64,000 bases of DNA from the human T2T-CHM13v2.0 reference genome, Homo sapiens (GCF_009914755.1 NC_060930.1); one strand, 5' to 3'. Positions 12,905 to 27,400 are shown, counted from the stretch's first letter. Translations and numbers: made by a program. Notes: generated by a model not told the origin, from the letters alone.

Positions 12905-13425
12905 TGTATTAAAACTCTAAATTCAAGTGACAGAAACCCAACTCAAGCTTTGTTAAGAACATAGCTTGGTTCATGCTCTGGAAAGTCTAAGGAGGTGTGT
13001 TAAATTCAGGATCAGCAGAATTCAAGGATATAAACAATGTGCAACCATCAGGAATTTGGTTTTTCTTTTCTTCCTTGTCTTCCTGGTTTGTTTTCCATGG
13101 GTACTGTTTCACGCCCAGACATGCTTCCTGATGTAGAAGGAGAGATGGCAGTAGATCTTTGCAGGTTTTCCTGGCCTTTGGTACATTCAGTCTCAAAAAC
13201 ACAGACACTCTTTTCTGAGATTCATTTCAGTCCCCAGAAATGGATCTTGACTGGCCCTACTTGAAATAGATCTTTTCCCTTTTACAAATCTCTGTGTCTA
13301 GGGGAAGAATGTACTGTGATTGGTTAGCTTGACATCATGTGGAAAGATAGCTCCTAAGACAAAAGTAGTATTCCTGTTATTAGAAGAAAGAAATGGAGAC
13401 ACCAGACAGGTAACAACTCATGCCC
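12905..13425 (-). mobile_element. Old MLT1 (J/K-like) LTR
   Basis: caagtgacagaaacccaactcaa start and gggaagaatgtactgtgattgg are typical of old MLT1. Confidence 0.55.
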
Positions 13426-13649
13426 ACTTACATGCTCTTAAGAAGGAAGAGCTTCCTGGGACCCTTATGTTAAGTAAAGACATCAGTCTAAGGGATCAGA
13501 AGTAATCAGTCAGCATGCTTGCATATAGCGAATCCCAGATGCTGAAGAAAGGAAGAGAAATGGGAGGGCATTTTGCTTGAATAATGATCTCTGTGAGGCC
13601 AATAGGATATGAGTGCATTATTTGTCCACTCTAGAAGAATAAGAGCATA

Positions 13650-13770
13650 AAAAGGAACACTGGGGTAAGATCTGGGAGATTGGGAACCTCCATCAGGTTC
13701 TGCTATTTACCAGCCAATATTACAACTTCTGAGACCCTTTGTGGCTTTAAGGCCCTAAGGATTACACCAA
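13650..13770 (+). mobile_element. MIR fragment
   Basis: aaaaggaacactgggg...aggttctgctatttaccagc. Confidence 0.4.
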
Positions 13771-14984
13771 TTAAAGTGATGGAGCATGAGTTCAGTTGTA
13801 ATGTTTAAATACCAGTTTTCTTATGCTGTCATGAGGTGGTGGGACAGTTTGAAGTGAAAGTATGTGAATTTAACAAAAGATATCATAGATAAACATTTAT
13901 TTTTCAAAATCCTAAATGTAAGGAAGCCTTCCAAATTATGACCAGAATATGATTTATTTTCTGCACCTTCCCCAAAAGCAGGAAACAGAATTACACTTTT
14001 TAGGATAAGACTCTTAATTCTGGCAACATGTTGTTCTCAAGAAGTTTAAGAACAAGATTAAATACTCTAACACAAGTCTATTTGTGGTTTGTGTTTGTCT
14101 TGAATTAGAGTATGTACCTGTTAAAATTATTAGAAGTTTGAATCTGAAAAATATCGCTTGAGCAAATGGTTATAAGTTATTTAAATAAAAAATAAAATGC
14201 ATCATTGTGTTTTCTCACTGGTTCTTTTAAATAGACTAAAGTGTCTCATTTTTTCTTGCTAAATTTATCCAACTTTCTAATCTTCTAGCTTTAGCAAATC
14301 TAGCTTTCCTGCATTTATTTAGTTCTATACTAAGATAATTAAATATTTAAGCTGCATCATTCATATATCTAAAATACTAAGTAGGAAGAACAAGTCATTT
14401 TCTTGAACATCCTCCTCAATATTGATCTGTGTTTGCCCCCTGTCTTCCTGACACTAGAGTTTTCTTCATTCCATTTAAGCACTTAATTACAATAATTATC
14501 AAAGAATATGAACATAAATTGTGAAGTGATAGTTGAGTATAATTTCCTTTTTCCCTGGGACATATTTTCTCTACAAAAAAAACAAAAATCTTACTTTCAA
14601 ACGACATAGGCAGCTGTGGTATGGGAGGCTTGATTACATGTCAGTTTCTTAAATAAAGTGTCTCTCACTGCCACAGCAGGGGAGCCAGGTACCCAGAGGA
14701 GATGCCGCTCTTCACTTATGCTGTGACTCTACTGACCAGGGCAGGACAATGCGAGAGCTTATGATTCAAAGGTGGGAAATCATAGTCCTTTGTTTCATTT
14801 TTATCTGGGGAAAGTCAGTTGCTTAAAATGAGAGCAGGTGGGATATAGCAATTAGTATGATAATAATAATAGGGTTAGATAAAAACCAGTGGTGCAGCAA
14901 GAGTATTTTTCAAACTCTTAAATAGCTTATCTTACTTCACTTTTTACAATGTAAAAAGTTATTATGAAAGGAGGAGAGAAGTTA

Positions 14985-15200
14985 TTTTCATGAGCACCTA
15001 CTTTGTGCTGAAGATGCTTTATTTATTTATTTATTTATTTATTTTTTGGTCTTTTACAGAAAATCTTCAAAGTGCTATGTACATTTTAAAGAGAACAGTA
15101 TGGTTAAATAACTGGGCTAAGGTCACAAAGTTAGAAGTCATCAAATGCCAGAGTCAAACAGTGTGTTTCGTTCCAAAGCTTCTACTCTTTCTCCTCTAAC
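14985..15200 (-). mobile_element. MIR fragment
   Basis: tgagcacctactttgtgc...gttaaataactgggctaaggtcaca. Confidence 0.55.
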
Positions 15201-15244
15201 AAACAAACATATTGTGTTCCTTTAAAAAAATTATGACCAGTTTT

Positions 15245-15434
15245 TGTTTTTTTAAAAATTTTATTATTATTATACTTTAAGTTTTAGGGTACATGTGCAC
15301 AATATGCAGGTTTGTTACATATGTATACATGTGCCATGTTGGTGTGCTGCACCCATTAACTCGTCATTTAGCATTAGGTATATCTCCTAATGCTATCCCT
15401 CCCCCCTCCCCCCACCCCACAACAGTCCCCAGGG
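15245..15434 (-). mobile_element. Very short young L1PA (L1PA3/4-like) 3' end insertion
   Basis: ttattatactttaagttttagggtacatgtgcaca...tcgtcatttagcattaggtatatctcctaatgctatccctccccc. Perfect 11-bp TSD tgaccagtttt at 15234-15244 and 15435-15445. Confidence 0.95.
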
Positions 15435-16300
15435 TGACCAGTTTTAATGTATTTGTATCACCACTTTAAAATAGAAAACTGAATCTTTCTTTGCTTCTTG
15501 TATCAGTATCTAAGGAGGAAGTAATTGCCATGGTCTGAACTTAGTGGAAATATAGTAAGTGGGGTAAATCAAAGGTGAGGGGCCAGATTCCCAAAGTCCT
15601 ATTCAAACAGCTTTTTCCTGCATTTGTGGAGTGTTGGGATCAGCTTTGAGTTGATGAAATTCTGAAACTTCTGACAAAATATGCCATCAATGAATCACAG
15701 AGACATGATATAATCGTAACAAGAAGCAGGTCCTGTGATACCTAAACTGTTATTATCAGCTTTATACAATGCAGATTCATGGGCCAAAATGCAGCATTCA
15801 CACAGAGAGGTATGTAAATCCATCTATTTAGTACACATTTAAGGATGCATTCAACATCCAGGAAATCCATTATGTGTAATGACTCATGCTTTATTAAATG
15901 CTTCCCACATGCAAGTAGTAGTCAAAAAGGGAATTACTGATATCAAGACAACTGAAAGCCGCCCTCTATTATTCTGTGAAATGCAGTATTTTAAAAGTGT
16001 GCTAGATGACGTTAGTGTTGGGGGTATATTCAGGGCCACCACATACACACTTTGGTGCACAAAATGAGTTCTGCCCCGAAGCACCTTCCTGAAGGGGTAA
16101 GTGGGGGCTTAAAAACAGACCTAGTTTTACTTATCAAGACCTATGTTCTTATTCAAAGTTGAGTCAGGCCAGAGCCCTTCCAGAGGAGAATGAAGCCCCT
16201 TTTTTGCCGTGTTATGTGAAGATTTTTAAATTTGTATTAGAAAAGTGTAACCACTGCATCAACTAATGATTTTATTTTCCTTTTTAAAATTATTAAACTA

Positions 16301-16591
16301 GACCAGGCATGGTGGCTCACACCAGTAATCCTGACATTTTGGGAGGACAAGGTGGGTGGATAACTTGAGTCCAGATGTTGGAGACCAGCCTGGCCATGAT
16401 GGCAAAATTCCGTCTCTACTAAAAATACAAAAATTAGGTGGGCATGATGGTGCACAGCTGTAATCCCAGCTACTCAGGAAGCTGAGGCACGAGAATCACT
16501 TGAACATGGGAGGCGGAGGTTGCAGTGAACCAAGATCACATCACTGCACTCCAGCCTGGGTGACAGAGCAAGACACGGTCTCAAAAAAAAA
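16301..16591 (+). mobile_element. Alu (old S or J/S-like)
   Basis: Full dimer, CpG-decayed. TSD attaaacta at 16292-16300 and 16592-16600. Confidence 0.95.
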
Positions 16592-16729
16592 ATTAAACTA
16601 CAGTGTGATTAAATCATAAGTGTGTTTAACTATGAGAAATGCATTTTTAAAACTACTACAAGAGGTGATAAAACAAATCAAGGAAGAAAGTATGCAAATA
16701 ATTAAAATTTGGAAATTACTGGTCCTGGG

Positions 16730-16910
16730 GAAATACCATAAGCTTTGGAGTAAGACAAATAATAGGATGTTCAAGCCTGCTCCTGTTGTGCTTTAGCAAG
16801 TCACTTGGTTGTTCAGCTTCAGTGTTCTCTCATTCTATGTAAGAATGTTCTCTCCAAAGGACTGTAGTGAGAATGAAATGAGATGTCTATGAAGTTGTCA
16901 ACAGACCTTA
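16730..16910 (+). mobile_element. MIR
   Basis: ctttggagtaagac...gcaagtcactt...cttcagtgttctc...tgagaatgaaatgagat. Confidence 0.6.
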
Positions 16911-17159
16911 CTTTTCCATCCTTCATTTTTCTTTGTGCAAGTCTGAATTCTTAGTCATCCTAGCTGGCTTCCTTGACGGTGTTAACTCAAAATTCTGAGT
17001 TCTTGTGGGTATCATACTCAGAAGGATACCATACTGGTCCTAAGGTACTCAGTCGTCTTAGTTATTTCAGCTTTAGTGCCCCATGATTTTCATCTTTCCT
17101 ATTGCACATCCCACTCACCTCACCACCCCCACGGCGACATTCCAGGGAGCAGGTATAAA

Positions 17160-17400
17160 TACACACAGTCAGTCACACTCACATGCATTCACAGGTTCAC
17201 ACACATTCACATACTCACATACACTCTCATGTACACTCATCTGTTCACACACATTCACATAACCACTCACGCACAAACTCACATGCATTTTTCACTTACA
17301 TTCACATACATACACACGTGTTCACACACACATTCGCATATTCATACATTCACACTTTCACACACATACACATACATGAGAAACACTGCAGCCACACAGA
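17160..17400. repeat. Degenerate (CA)n/(CACATT)n low-complexity repeat
   Basis: Long imperfect run of acacac/tcacat units. Confidence 0.9.
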
Positions 17401-17519
17401 GCTACTCACCATTTCCTGTTTCCCTTCTGTATTCCTTTGTTCATTATTGTACCTTTGTCCACAATTCCCTCTTACATCTCCTTCTACTTAAATCTTTCCG
17501 TTCCTTTAGGTTTAGTTAA

Positions 17520-17770
17520 CAAATCAACTCCCCTGTTAAGTCTTACATGATCACTCAACCAGACATGACCTTACCTTTAAGTATTTTTTTTTAAATCTTT
17601 CCTAAGGTTGTAGATATATTCTACCCTAAGATGTAATTACTTATGTTGTTTGACTAAATATCAGACTGTAAAGTTTTTGAAGGCTATGATCATGTCTTAG
17701 TTATTTCATCCCCCACAATGATTGTCTTCATTATGTTGAAGAAATATAATCTTAGTTAACTTTAATGAAA
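17520..17770 (+). mobile_element. L2 3' fragment
   Basis: cagactgtaaagtttttgaaggctatgatcatgtcttag...atccccca. Confidence 0.45.
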
Positions 17771-20700
17771 TAGACTCTTTCAGGTTCCAAGCAATGGAGA
17801 TGTATTTAAAATAGTTAAGTCACTTGGGGATAGATGTTTTAGTGATATACAACTTATTTTATCTGGATTTACTATTGTCAATCAAGGCAAAAGAGAAATC
17901 TGACTGGTTCTGTTGATCCATCTAGTATAAGGTTTACATTCATAATCTAATTAGTAATAAACAGATATTTCATGTCCCAAATTCAGCATTCCTCAAAAGT
18001 GGGAAATAGATATGCTGGGTCCTTGAAATATTACAGATTTCTCTCCAGTTCCTTCCTTGGGCCACTTGTTTCCATACCTCTTCTTCAGGTCAGTATTATT
18101 TAGCTTCCAGGCATAAATTCTGTTGAGTTGTATATCTTTTTATAAGGAATAGCAATATAAAATAATAAACATATCTTTATAAAATAGCTGTACAAATATT
18201 ACTACAAAAAAGATATAGTATGTGTCTATGTGTCTGTTTCTACCCCAAGGAGTGTGAGCATTCTACAGATCAGCTAGCTCAAAAGTAAGAGGGAAAGTGT
18301 GAATGAGCTGAGTGTGCCCAGTCGTTTTTGCACTTATCCATCAAGTCAGTCATGCATTGTGGAGTTGGTGGGGCTAAGTGATGGGAAAGAGAAAAGCAGG
18401 AGGTATATTTCTCCCATCTTTTTCCCTGAGGAGGAATGAAATGGAAATTCTTTCTCATCTCTGAAAAACCTGAAGAGTGAGAAATAAGTACCTTTTCATT
18501 TCCCCTCATCTATTGAGTCTAAGAATTAAACCCCAGGGGTATAATTATCCTGCAGAGGTGAGGGGATTAGAAGTGAACCAGGACAGTCCTTCTTCCACTT
18601 TCAGGTACTTCTGCACCAAAAACTTACTTTTGCAATGCAGTTTTAGGTACTTTCCTAGCCCAATGATTGACAGACAGTTTAGCTGTTGCCTTTAGAAGGC
18701 TCTGAAATTATTTCTCTTGGAATCCACTAGCCCCCAGATTTATACTCAAAACTATTTCCCATCTAAAATTAGGCCCCCAAAAAACTAGTATATCAAGATT
18801 TTGGAAGGAGGCCCCTGGGGAGGAATAATTTATCGATGCACACAGGAGAAATATTGTTGTCTCTTTACGTTGAGGAAGAAAATAAGTGCTTTTGAGCTTA
18901 AGAGAAGTAAAACTATTTTAGAATACAAGTTTTTTATTCAATTCTTTTAGCCACTCTTTGTTTATAGTTTAAATCTGATATCCACCAAAACATTTTCCCA
19001 ATGTAGAGATACTATAAAAAATAATTTGCTTTCCAGAAGCCCATTTTAGTCAAAAAGAAACGTTAAACCAATTTAGGAAGGGGCAGAGCTCATATGACCA
19101 CAGTACTTTTATTTTAAGTGTATAAATCCTATTAACTTGACAAATGTCAATTGAGAAGCTCTACTAGATACTTGTCATATCCAAGAGATACTTATGCTAG
19201 TAAACGGTTGTTGAATATATTTAGACTTTAGGTTCTATGCTGGTGTGCACTTGGCCATGGAAAGTGGTTGGGTAGCGAAGGACTACAAGGCCCAGGATCT
19301 GAAGCCAAATCACAATGGCACTAAGTTACAGGCAGGAATACAGTTGGCATAGGAAGAGGTATTACATAGGTACTGCAATTGCATGGGAAGTGTCTGGGGT
19401 GTTGAGTAGAGTGGAGAGAAGAAGGTTTAAAGTAAAGCAGGTAAGCCAGTATTGGTATTTAGAAGTATATACGGGCAAATAAATCCAGGCTCCATACACT
19501 TCAGGATTGGGGAGTGAGGGGAATACTGTGATAAAGTTATAAAGCAGAGTGGCTAAGAAACAAGATCTGGGCAATAATACTAATGTCCTCAGTCAAAGGA
19601 AGGATTATTCAGATAAAAAATGGCTAATCATTACACATGGTCACAAATCTCATTAAGATTCTTCAGAGCTTTGGCACTAAGACCAAATTCATCGTATTAA
19701 AGGTAAGGATTTCCCTTTTACTTCTCTGGTACTCAATTACTTGGAAAAGGATGGTCATTAACTTCTCTGTAATACAGAATGAAAAAGCAATATAGAGAAT
19801 TATGGCCATGGTAATGAGCTTAAGTCTTCTCACTCACTCATAGTCTTTTACTTTTCCCACCAGTCCTACTGTCTTAGTTTGCACTGTAAAATAGAGCAGA
19901 GAAATTACATAATTACCTGAATTATTTAGACTAAAAAAAAGTGATTGCTATGAATTACAGGAGCTCTTTCAAAATTTCCTCAACATGAAATATTTTTACT
20001 CTTTTTTCTTATTTTTAGTGATTTTAGACAGGCTCATACATCTCTCTTTATGGAAAATGATTAACATGGACTCAACTGGGGAGAAATCAAATTATACAGT
20101 TAATAAAAACTAAACCTTCAGTCCACGCGAAGTAACAATGTAGCACCAGGGAAAATTAATTACTGCATTTTAGAGTGAAAGGAGTCAGACATGTCAAGTT
20201 TGAATTTAGCCTTAGGAGCTACAACAAATTTTAGTTCTTTTGTGACTGAATTTTTATAGTACAAAATTACTCAAAATAATGTAGCCGTATTCTACAAATG
20301 TAACTAGCTTTTTAAAATTTTCTAATGATTAATGCTTAAATTGCTTGAATTTTTTGTAGGAATCTTTTCAGATTCATTGTGTAAATTTGAGTCATTCCTT
20401 TGGTTCTAGCTGTGAACAATCACTGATCGGTGAAAAATTATTAAAATTGATCCATTTCACGAGAGTGTTTAAGTGTTTTTGATACTTCTAAAGAGATTCT
20501 CAAAGTGCCTTGATGCTGAGAATTTATATGTAATCATTCTCAAATACAGCATAGTGCAGTATTTAAGAGCTCAAATGAGTAGTTGTCAATGGAGGCAGAT
20601 TACTAACAAACAATTGGGAATAAACCAGTAATTTATAGACTTAAAATTATAGTGTATTTTTCTGTTATTTTGTGTGAACTAGATAGACTGATATCCTGAG

Positions 20701-20789
20701 AAGTTTACATTTTCCTGTCTATTTAAGTGGTACTGAATAAACCTAGGCAACAAAAAAATTATATAATATGTGATTGTTAGTCTCTGTCT

Positions 20790-21200
20790 TATAATCACCA
20801 GATCATTTTGAAGGAAGAGGTTATACAGGTCTTTGAGTGCAGGCTTCTCTCTTGTAGGACCATTCAGCCTTTGCTTGAACACAAGCTGAATGAATTCACT
20901 ACTCAGCACACCGCTTTTTCTACCAGGGAGCAGCTCTAATGCTTGGTGACTGGTCTGACTTACCGTCCAGATAAAGTCCTCAGCTTGACTCTTTGGCAAA
21001 CTCCCAGGAGTTAACTATAAAGGAGTCTGATCCCTCAGACTTTTGATGTCTCTTTAATTATGAGGATCCCACTTATTTCTTTCTTCACCAGACAGTCCAA
21101 CATAAATGCTCTCGAGGTTCCCCATTTAACATAATTTTTAGATCTCACAACTACCCCGGACACAGAGTCAGGATGTAGTTTAATCAGTGTCTGATTTCAA
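20790..21200 (-). mobile_element. Possible L3/CR1 relic
   Basis: cattcagcctttgcttgaacac...aattcactact resembles the CR1/L3 3' region in reverse; weak. Confidence 0.35.
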
Positions 21201-22474
21201 ATAAAAACTCCGAAAGAGTCTGATCAGACAACTGTAAAAGATCCCTTAAGTAAGTGTATGAGATTTGGTATCACACAATTCCTTATGTCCACTGCAGGAA
21301 AATAGGTGGTTACTTTATTATTTCTTCATTGAGGTAGGTTAACAAAATTGACATATAAATTAAAATTATATCACAATATTTTTCTCCATGTGATTTCCAA
21401 TTTCATATTGGTGATAATGACATACGTTTAAATAGTGTAAATTCAGATAGCTAATTTGATTACAGCTGTGAACACACATCTTAATTAAAATTATTAAGGT
21501 AATTCTTTTCACAAGACTTCTCAAATCACTTTCTATACGCTTAAGGCAAGGATCATCAATACACAGGAAAAACATATTGATAGATAATGATCACTTTGTA
21601 TAGACAAAATGAAATAAAAATGAGTAGGAAGGAAGTGTATATTTTAAATAAGAAGGCATAAGTTATGGCTAATGCTGCTGCAGTATCAGCACCATTACTG
21701 TTAGAGAATGAGCTGCTATTTTGCCCAGCACCCCCATCCCTACCCTCATCTTGCTACCATTGCAACGAAATGATTGAATTGTTTGTTTCTTTCCCAATAT
21801 TTGTGCCTTAAACTTCTAATTCTATTTTTCCTTATACTTCTTGAGTGAATACCCCCTCCTCTTAAAAGTGTTCCTTAAAACTGATAATGAGTACTTTTCT
21901 TTGTTTCTTAACATTCTTTTTGTACAGTGACCTTTCCACCAGTAGCCTCTTGGCTTTGTATGTTATAAAAGCTGCAAAGAGCTTTCCTTTGGAAACAATC
22001 CAAATGAAATAGATACATATACTTAAAAGTGTTTTATTTAGACTTAGAAGTTTATATTTGTCCCCACAAATTCTAAGCAGTATTGATCTATGTCCTTGCC
22101 AGGCTAAAACCAGACAGGAGACAAATCTTACTTTAAAAAATTCTCTTGTAAGAATAAAGTACAACTAAAATATCTTTAAAAGCTTCTTCATCCAAATGCA
22201 TGACAAATGTAACTCTATTGTAAATGCAAGGTACAATTAATTTTGGCTTAGAATTGGAAAACTACCTAAGAGGACACATCAAGGTCTTTTATGGTGCTGG
22301 GTAGGTTTCTAAAGAGCATTAAATTTTTTTTTGAAGTTAATTATGTGAATTATGTGCCCACCATTTTCTATTCTAGTGCTTCTTCCTAAAAGAAATTCTG
22401 CAAAATACCAAATATAGTGATTTGGCAATGATTGATAGGGTGACAAAGGGAATTTCCTTGAGAGGCAAGAAAGT

Positions 22475-22650
22475 ACAGTGGGAAGTCAGAGAATAATCGA
22501 TTTGAAATCTAGTCTTATCCTTAATAAAAATAACTTGATGCAGTTATATGTGCACTCTCATCTTCTGTTAAATAAGAATAATAATCTCTACCTCCTAATT
22601 TTGTTGTAGCATACACTAGGTAATGAATACATAAATTTTATTTCTTTTGT
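22475..22650 (+). mobile_element. MIR
   Basis: ctgttaaataagaataataatctctacctcctaattttgttgt. Confidence 0.5.
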
Positions 22651-24274
22651 AGTACACATTGCCTCAAAGTTAACAATAAGTTGCAGACTTATAATGAAGT
22701 AGGAGATACACTTGTAATCTTTAAAATGAAAAGATTTATAGAGATTTTACAAATTTATTGCTAATTAGTATTTCATTTCTTCTCCAATTATAGCCATTCT
22801 TAATAACTAAAAAGTGACCATGAAATTCATCATCAATAACATCAACACTTGGTTCATCTCTATCTTGTTATTACCATCTTGTGGTCATGTTTCCATAAAT
22901 TATTCTCTTCCAGAGAATATAATAAACATGGAAAAGGTCATAAAACTTTATTAGCATCTCTGGAAACAAACTGAACCAAGAGACATTTTAAACTGTGTAT
23001 CAAAATGAGATCAGGTTTCAATTCAATTTTATTGACAAGTTAAAATCTTTGGAGCCCAGTACCCGTGCACACCACATTACAACTGATGGCACCTAGAGCC
23101 CGAGGACCAGTCCTCTGAGGGCCTACCTCTACTACCACCAGCAACCTTGCTTCCTCCACTGGTAGAGTCACTGCACAACCATGCATGTGCCTCAGGCTCT
23201 TGAGAGCCAGCTTTTTCAGCAACGCTTCCCCAGCAAAGATATGCCACAGCCTCCACAAACAGCCACAGCTTAGGCCACAGAAGCACTTTCAAACACCACT
23301 AACATTGATTACAGCCAAAGAAATCATAAGGAGATTATACTACTGTGCCCACACAGAACAAAAGCCAAAGCACTCTACCCAATGAACACCATAGATACAT
23401 CTACAGGGGAAAAAAAAAAAATTTCCTAGAAAAGGTTCTCCATACAACTGGAAAAAATAACGGTTTCACCAGATGTGCAGATATCAATGTATAGACACAA
23501 GAAACATAAACAAGCAAGTAAACATGATACCTCCAAAGAAACACAGCCACTAACAGACCTCAAGTAAAAGAAAATATATTGAAATGCCTAAAATGTAATT
23601 CAAAATAATTATCTTAAGGGAACTCAGTGAGATACATGAGAACACTGATAGACAATTAAACAAAATTAGGCAAGCAATTCATGATCTGACTGAGAAATTC
23701 AACAGAAATAGATCTAATAATAAAAAACCAAACAGAAATCATATTTGAAGATTTTTGTGAATAAAATTAAAAGTACAATTGAGCACTTCAATAATAGACT
23801 AGATCAAGCAATGAAGGAATTTTTGAACTTGAAAAGGAGTCTTTTGAAATAAGCCAGTCACACACACAAAAAAAGAATAATAAAAGCCTATGTTACATGT
23901 GGGATACAATTAAGTAAACAAATATTTGCATTTTGGGAATTCTAGAAAAATAAAAGATTGGAAAAGCCATAGAAAACCTATTTAATGAAATAATAACTAA
24001 AAATTTTCCAAGTTTTAGAAGAGATATAGACATCCAGATCCAAGAAGCTGAATGATTCCCAAATATAATCAACCCAAAAGTGTTCTCTATGAGGTATATT
24101 ATAATCAAATTCTCAAAAGCCAAAGAGAGAATTCTAAAAACAGCAAAAACAAACAAACAAACAAACAAAATTCAAGTCACATATAAGGGAATCCCCTTCA
24201 GACTAACAGGAGATCTTTTAGCAGAAATTTTACAGGTCAGAAGAATAGTATGAGGTAATATATTCAAAGTGCTG

Positions 24275-24424
24275 AAAGAGAAAGAAAGAAAGAGAAAGAA
24301 GAGAGAAAGAAAAAAGAAAAGAAAAAGACAAGGTAAGGAAAGGAAGAAGAGGAAGGAAGGAAGGAAAGAGAGAAAGAAAGAGAAAAAAGACAAAGAAAGA
24401 AAGAGAAAGAAAGAGAAAGAAAGA
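24275..24424. repeat. GA-rich purine tract (GAAA/GGAA) inside L1 ORF1
   Basis: About 150 nt made almost entirely of A and G. Confidence 0.92.
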
Positions 24425-27400
24425 GCTAGCCAAGAATACTATGCACAGCATGGCTATTCTTCAGAATTGAAGGTTAAAGTTTTACTCAGAGAAGCAAAAA
24501 CTGAATAATTCATTACCATCAGACCAGCCATACAAAAAAATGCTTAAGGGAGTTCTTTATCTTAAAGTTAAAGGATAATATCTATCATTATGAAAACATA
24601 CAAAAGTATATAAAACTCACTGGTAGAACAGATATACAAATAAGACAGAGAAAAGAATCAAATGATATCACTACAGAAAACCAGCAAATGGCAAAGATAA
24701 AGAATAAGAGAGGAAGAAAGAGTAAAGAATATACAAAACTACCAGAAAACAATTAATAAATGATGGGAGTAACTCCTCACCTATTAATAACAACCTTGAC
24801 TGTAAACAGTTTAGGTTTCCCAATTAAGAGACATAGACAAGATTCAACTATCTGCTGCCTACAAGAAACTAACTTCAACTGTAAAGACACACATAGATTC
24901 TAAGTGAATAAATGGAAAAAATACATTCTATGGAAACCAAAAGCATGCAGGAGTTGCTATATTTGGACAAAATAGACAGTAAGTAAAAATCATAAAATAT
25001 TATAAAGAAGGTCATTGTATCATAATAAAGGGGTCAATTCAGCAAAAGGACATATCAATTATAAATAGACATGCACCCAACAATGGAGCACCCAGATACA
25101 TAAAGCAAATATTATTAGTGCCAAAGAGAGAAGTAGACTCCAATAAAATAATAGTTGGAGACTTCAAAATACCACATTTGGCCTTGGACAGATTATCCCG
25201 ATAGAAAATCAACAAAGAAACATTGGACTTGAACTGCACTATACAGCAAATAGGCATAATAGACATTTGCAGGACATTTCATGTAATAACTACAGAATAC
25301 ATATTCTTCTCATCAGGACATGAAACATTCTCCAGGATAGAGCATATGTTGGGCCACGAAACAAGTCTCAGCAAATTTTTAAAAATTTAAATCATGTCAA
25401 GTATCTTCTCAGACCACAATAGAATAAAACTAGAAATAAATAACAAAAAAAAGGAACTTTGGAAACCACACATGTCCATGAAAACTGAACAACATTTTGC
25501 TGAATGACCAATGAGTCAATGAAGAAAAAAAAAATCTTGAAACAAATGAAAATGGAAACACAACATACAAAAACCTATGGGTTACAGAAAACGCAATACT
25601 AAGTAGAAAGTTTATAGCAATAAATGGCTATCTCAAAAGAAGAGAAAGTTTTCAAATAACCCATGTACCTCGAGCATCCAGGGAAGCAAGGAAAACTAAA
25701 CCCAAGGTTAGTAGGAGAAAAGAAATGAAGATCAGAACAGAACTAAATGAAATAAATACAAAATACAAAAGATCAACAAAATGAAAAGTTGCTCTCTTGA
25801 GAAGAAAAACAAAATCAATAATCCATGATGCAGACTAAGAGAAAAGGGGAGAAGACCCAAATAAATAAAATTAGAAATGAAAAAGAAGACATTACAACTG
25901 ATACCACAAAAATACAAAGGAGACAGACTATTATGAAAAACTCTATGCCAACAAATTGAAAAACCTAGAGGAAACAGATACAGTTCTAGACATATATAAC
26001 CTACCAAAATTGAACAAGAAAGAAATAGAAAACCTAAACAGACCCATAAAAAGTAATACGATTGATCAATAATAAAGTCACCCAACAAAGTAAAGCCAGG
26101 CTTCACTGCTGAATTCTACCAAACTTTTAAAGAACTAAAACCAATTATCAAACTATTTCACAAAAACTGAAAAGGAAGGAATTCTTTCTAGCTAATTATA
26201 CAAGGCCAGCATTACCCTGGTACCAAAACTAGAAAATGACACAAAAATATGTTCATCTATGCATTTATGTGCATCTGGTGAACATGGATGCAAACGTCCT
26301 CAACAAAATACTAGGAAACTGAATATAACATTACATTAAAAGATAATAGATGATAATCAAGTAAGATTTATCTCAGGGATGCTAGGAAATTTCAACATAT
26401 GTAGATTAATAAATGTGATGCATTATATCAACAGAAGTAAGGACAAGAACCACGCGATTCTCTCAGTAGGTGCAGAAAAAGTATCTGATCATATTCAGCA
26501 TAGCTTAATGATAAAACAACTTTCAACAAATTAGGTATAAAAGAAACATACCTTGACAGAATGAAGGCAATATAAGACAAAACTACAAATAACATCACAC
26601 CTAATTGGGAAAAGCTAAAAGCCTTTCCTCTAAAAAACTGAAACAAGATATGAATGCCCATTTTTACCTCTCTTATTCAATATAGTACTAAAATGTCTAG
26701 CAATTAGATAAGAGAAAGAAAAAGAGGGCATCCAAATTGGAAAAAAAGGAAGTCAAATTGTCCCTCTTTGCAAATAACATTTTTGTGTTATTTTTTATTT
26801 AGAAAATAAATTTTTGCATTATTTTTTCTTTAGAAAAACCTAAAGATTCCACCACATGTCTCTTAGAATAAATTTACTAAAGTTACAAGATATAAAATCA
26901 ACATACAAAAATTAGTAGTGTTTCTAAACAACAAGAACAAAGTAGGTAAGAAAGAAATTATGAACACAATCCATTTAAAATAGCTACAAAAATAAATACC
27001 TAGAAATAAATTCAGCCAAAAGATGAAAGATCTCTACAATGAAACAGTAAAACACCGATTTAAAAAATTAAAGAGGACCCCCAAAAATAAAAAGACATTC
27101 CATACTCATGGATTGGAAGAATTAATATGGCTAAAATGACCATCATATCCAAAGCAATCTATAAATTCAATCCAATTCCTATCAAAATATCAATGACATT
27201 CTTCAAACAGCAAAAACAATTCTAATACTTGTATGGAACCACAAAAGACCTCAAGTATTCAAAGCAATTCTGGGGAAAACAAACAAACTGAAGGCATCAT
27301 ACTATCTAACTTAAAAAATATATATGCTACAGTATAGTAACCAAAACCAAAACATAGTATTGGTTCAAGAACTGGCACATAGACCAGTGGAACAGAATAG

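Noticed and set aside
17076-17519. 147-aa His/Thr-rich ORF
   Set aside because: Product of the degenerate CA repeat, which is poor in stop codons.
24172-24508. Lys/Arg/Glu-rich and Phe/Leu/Ser-rich ORFs
   Set aside because: Frames through the GA-rich tract.
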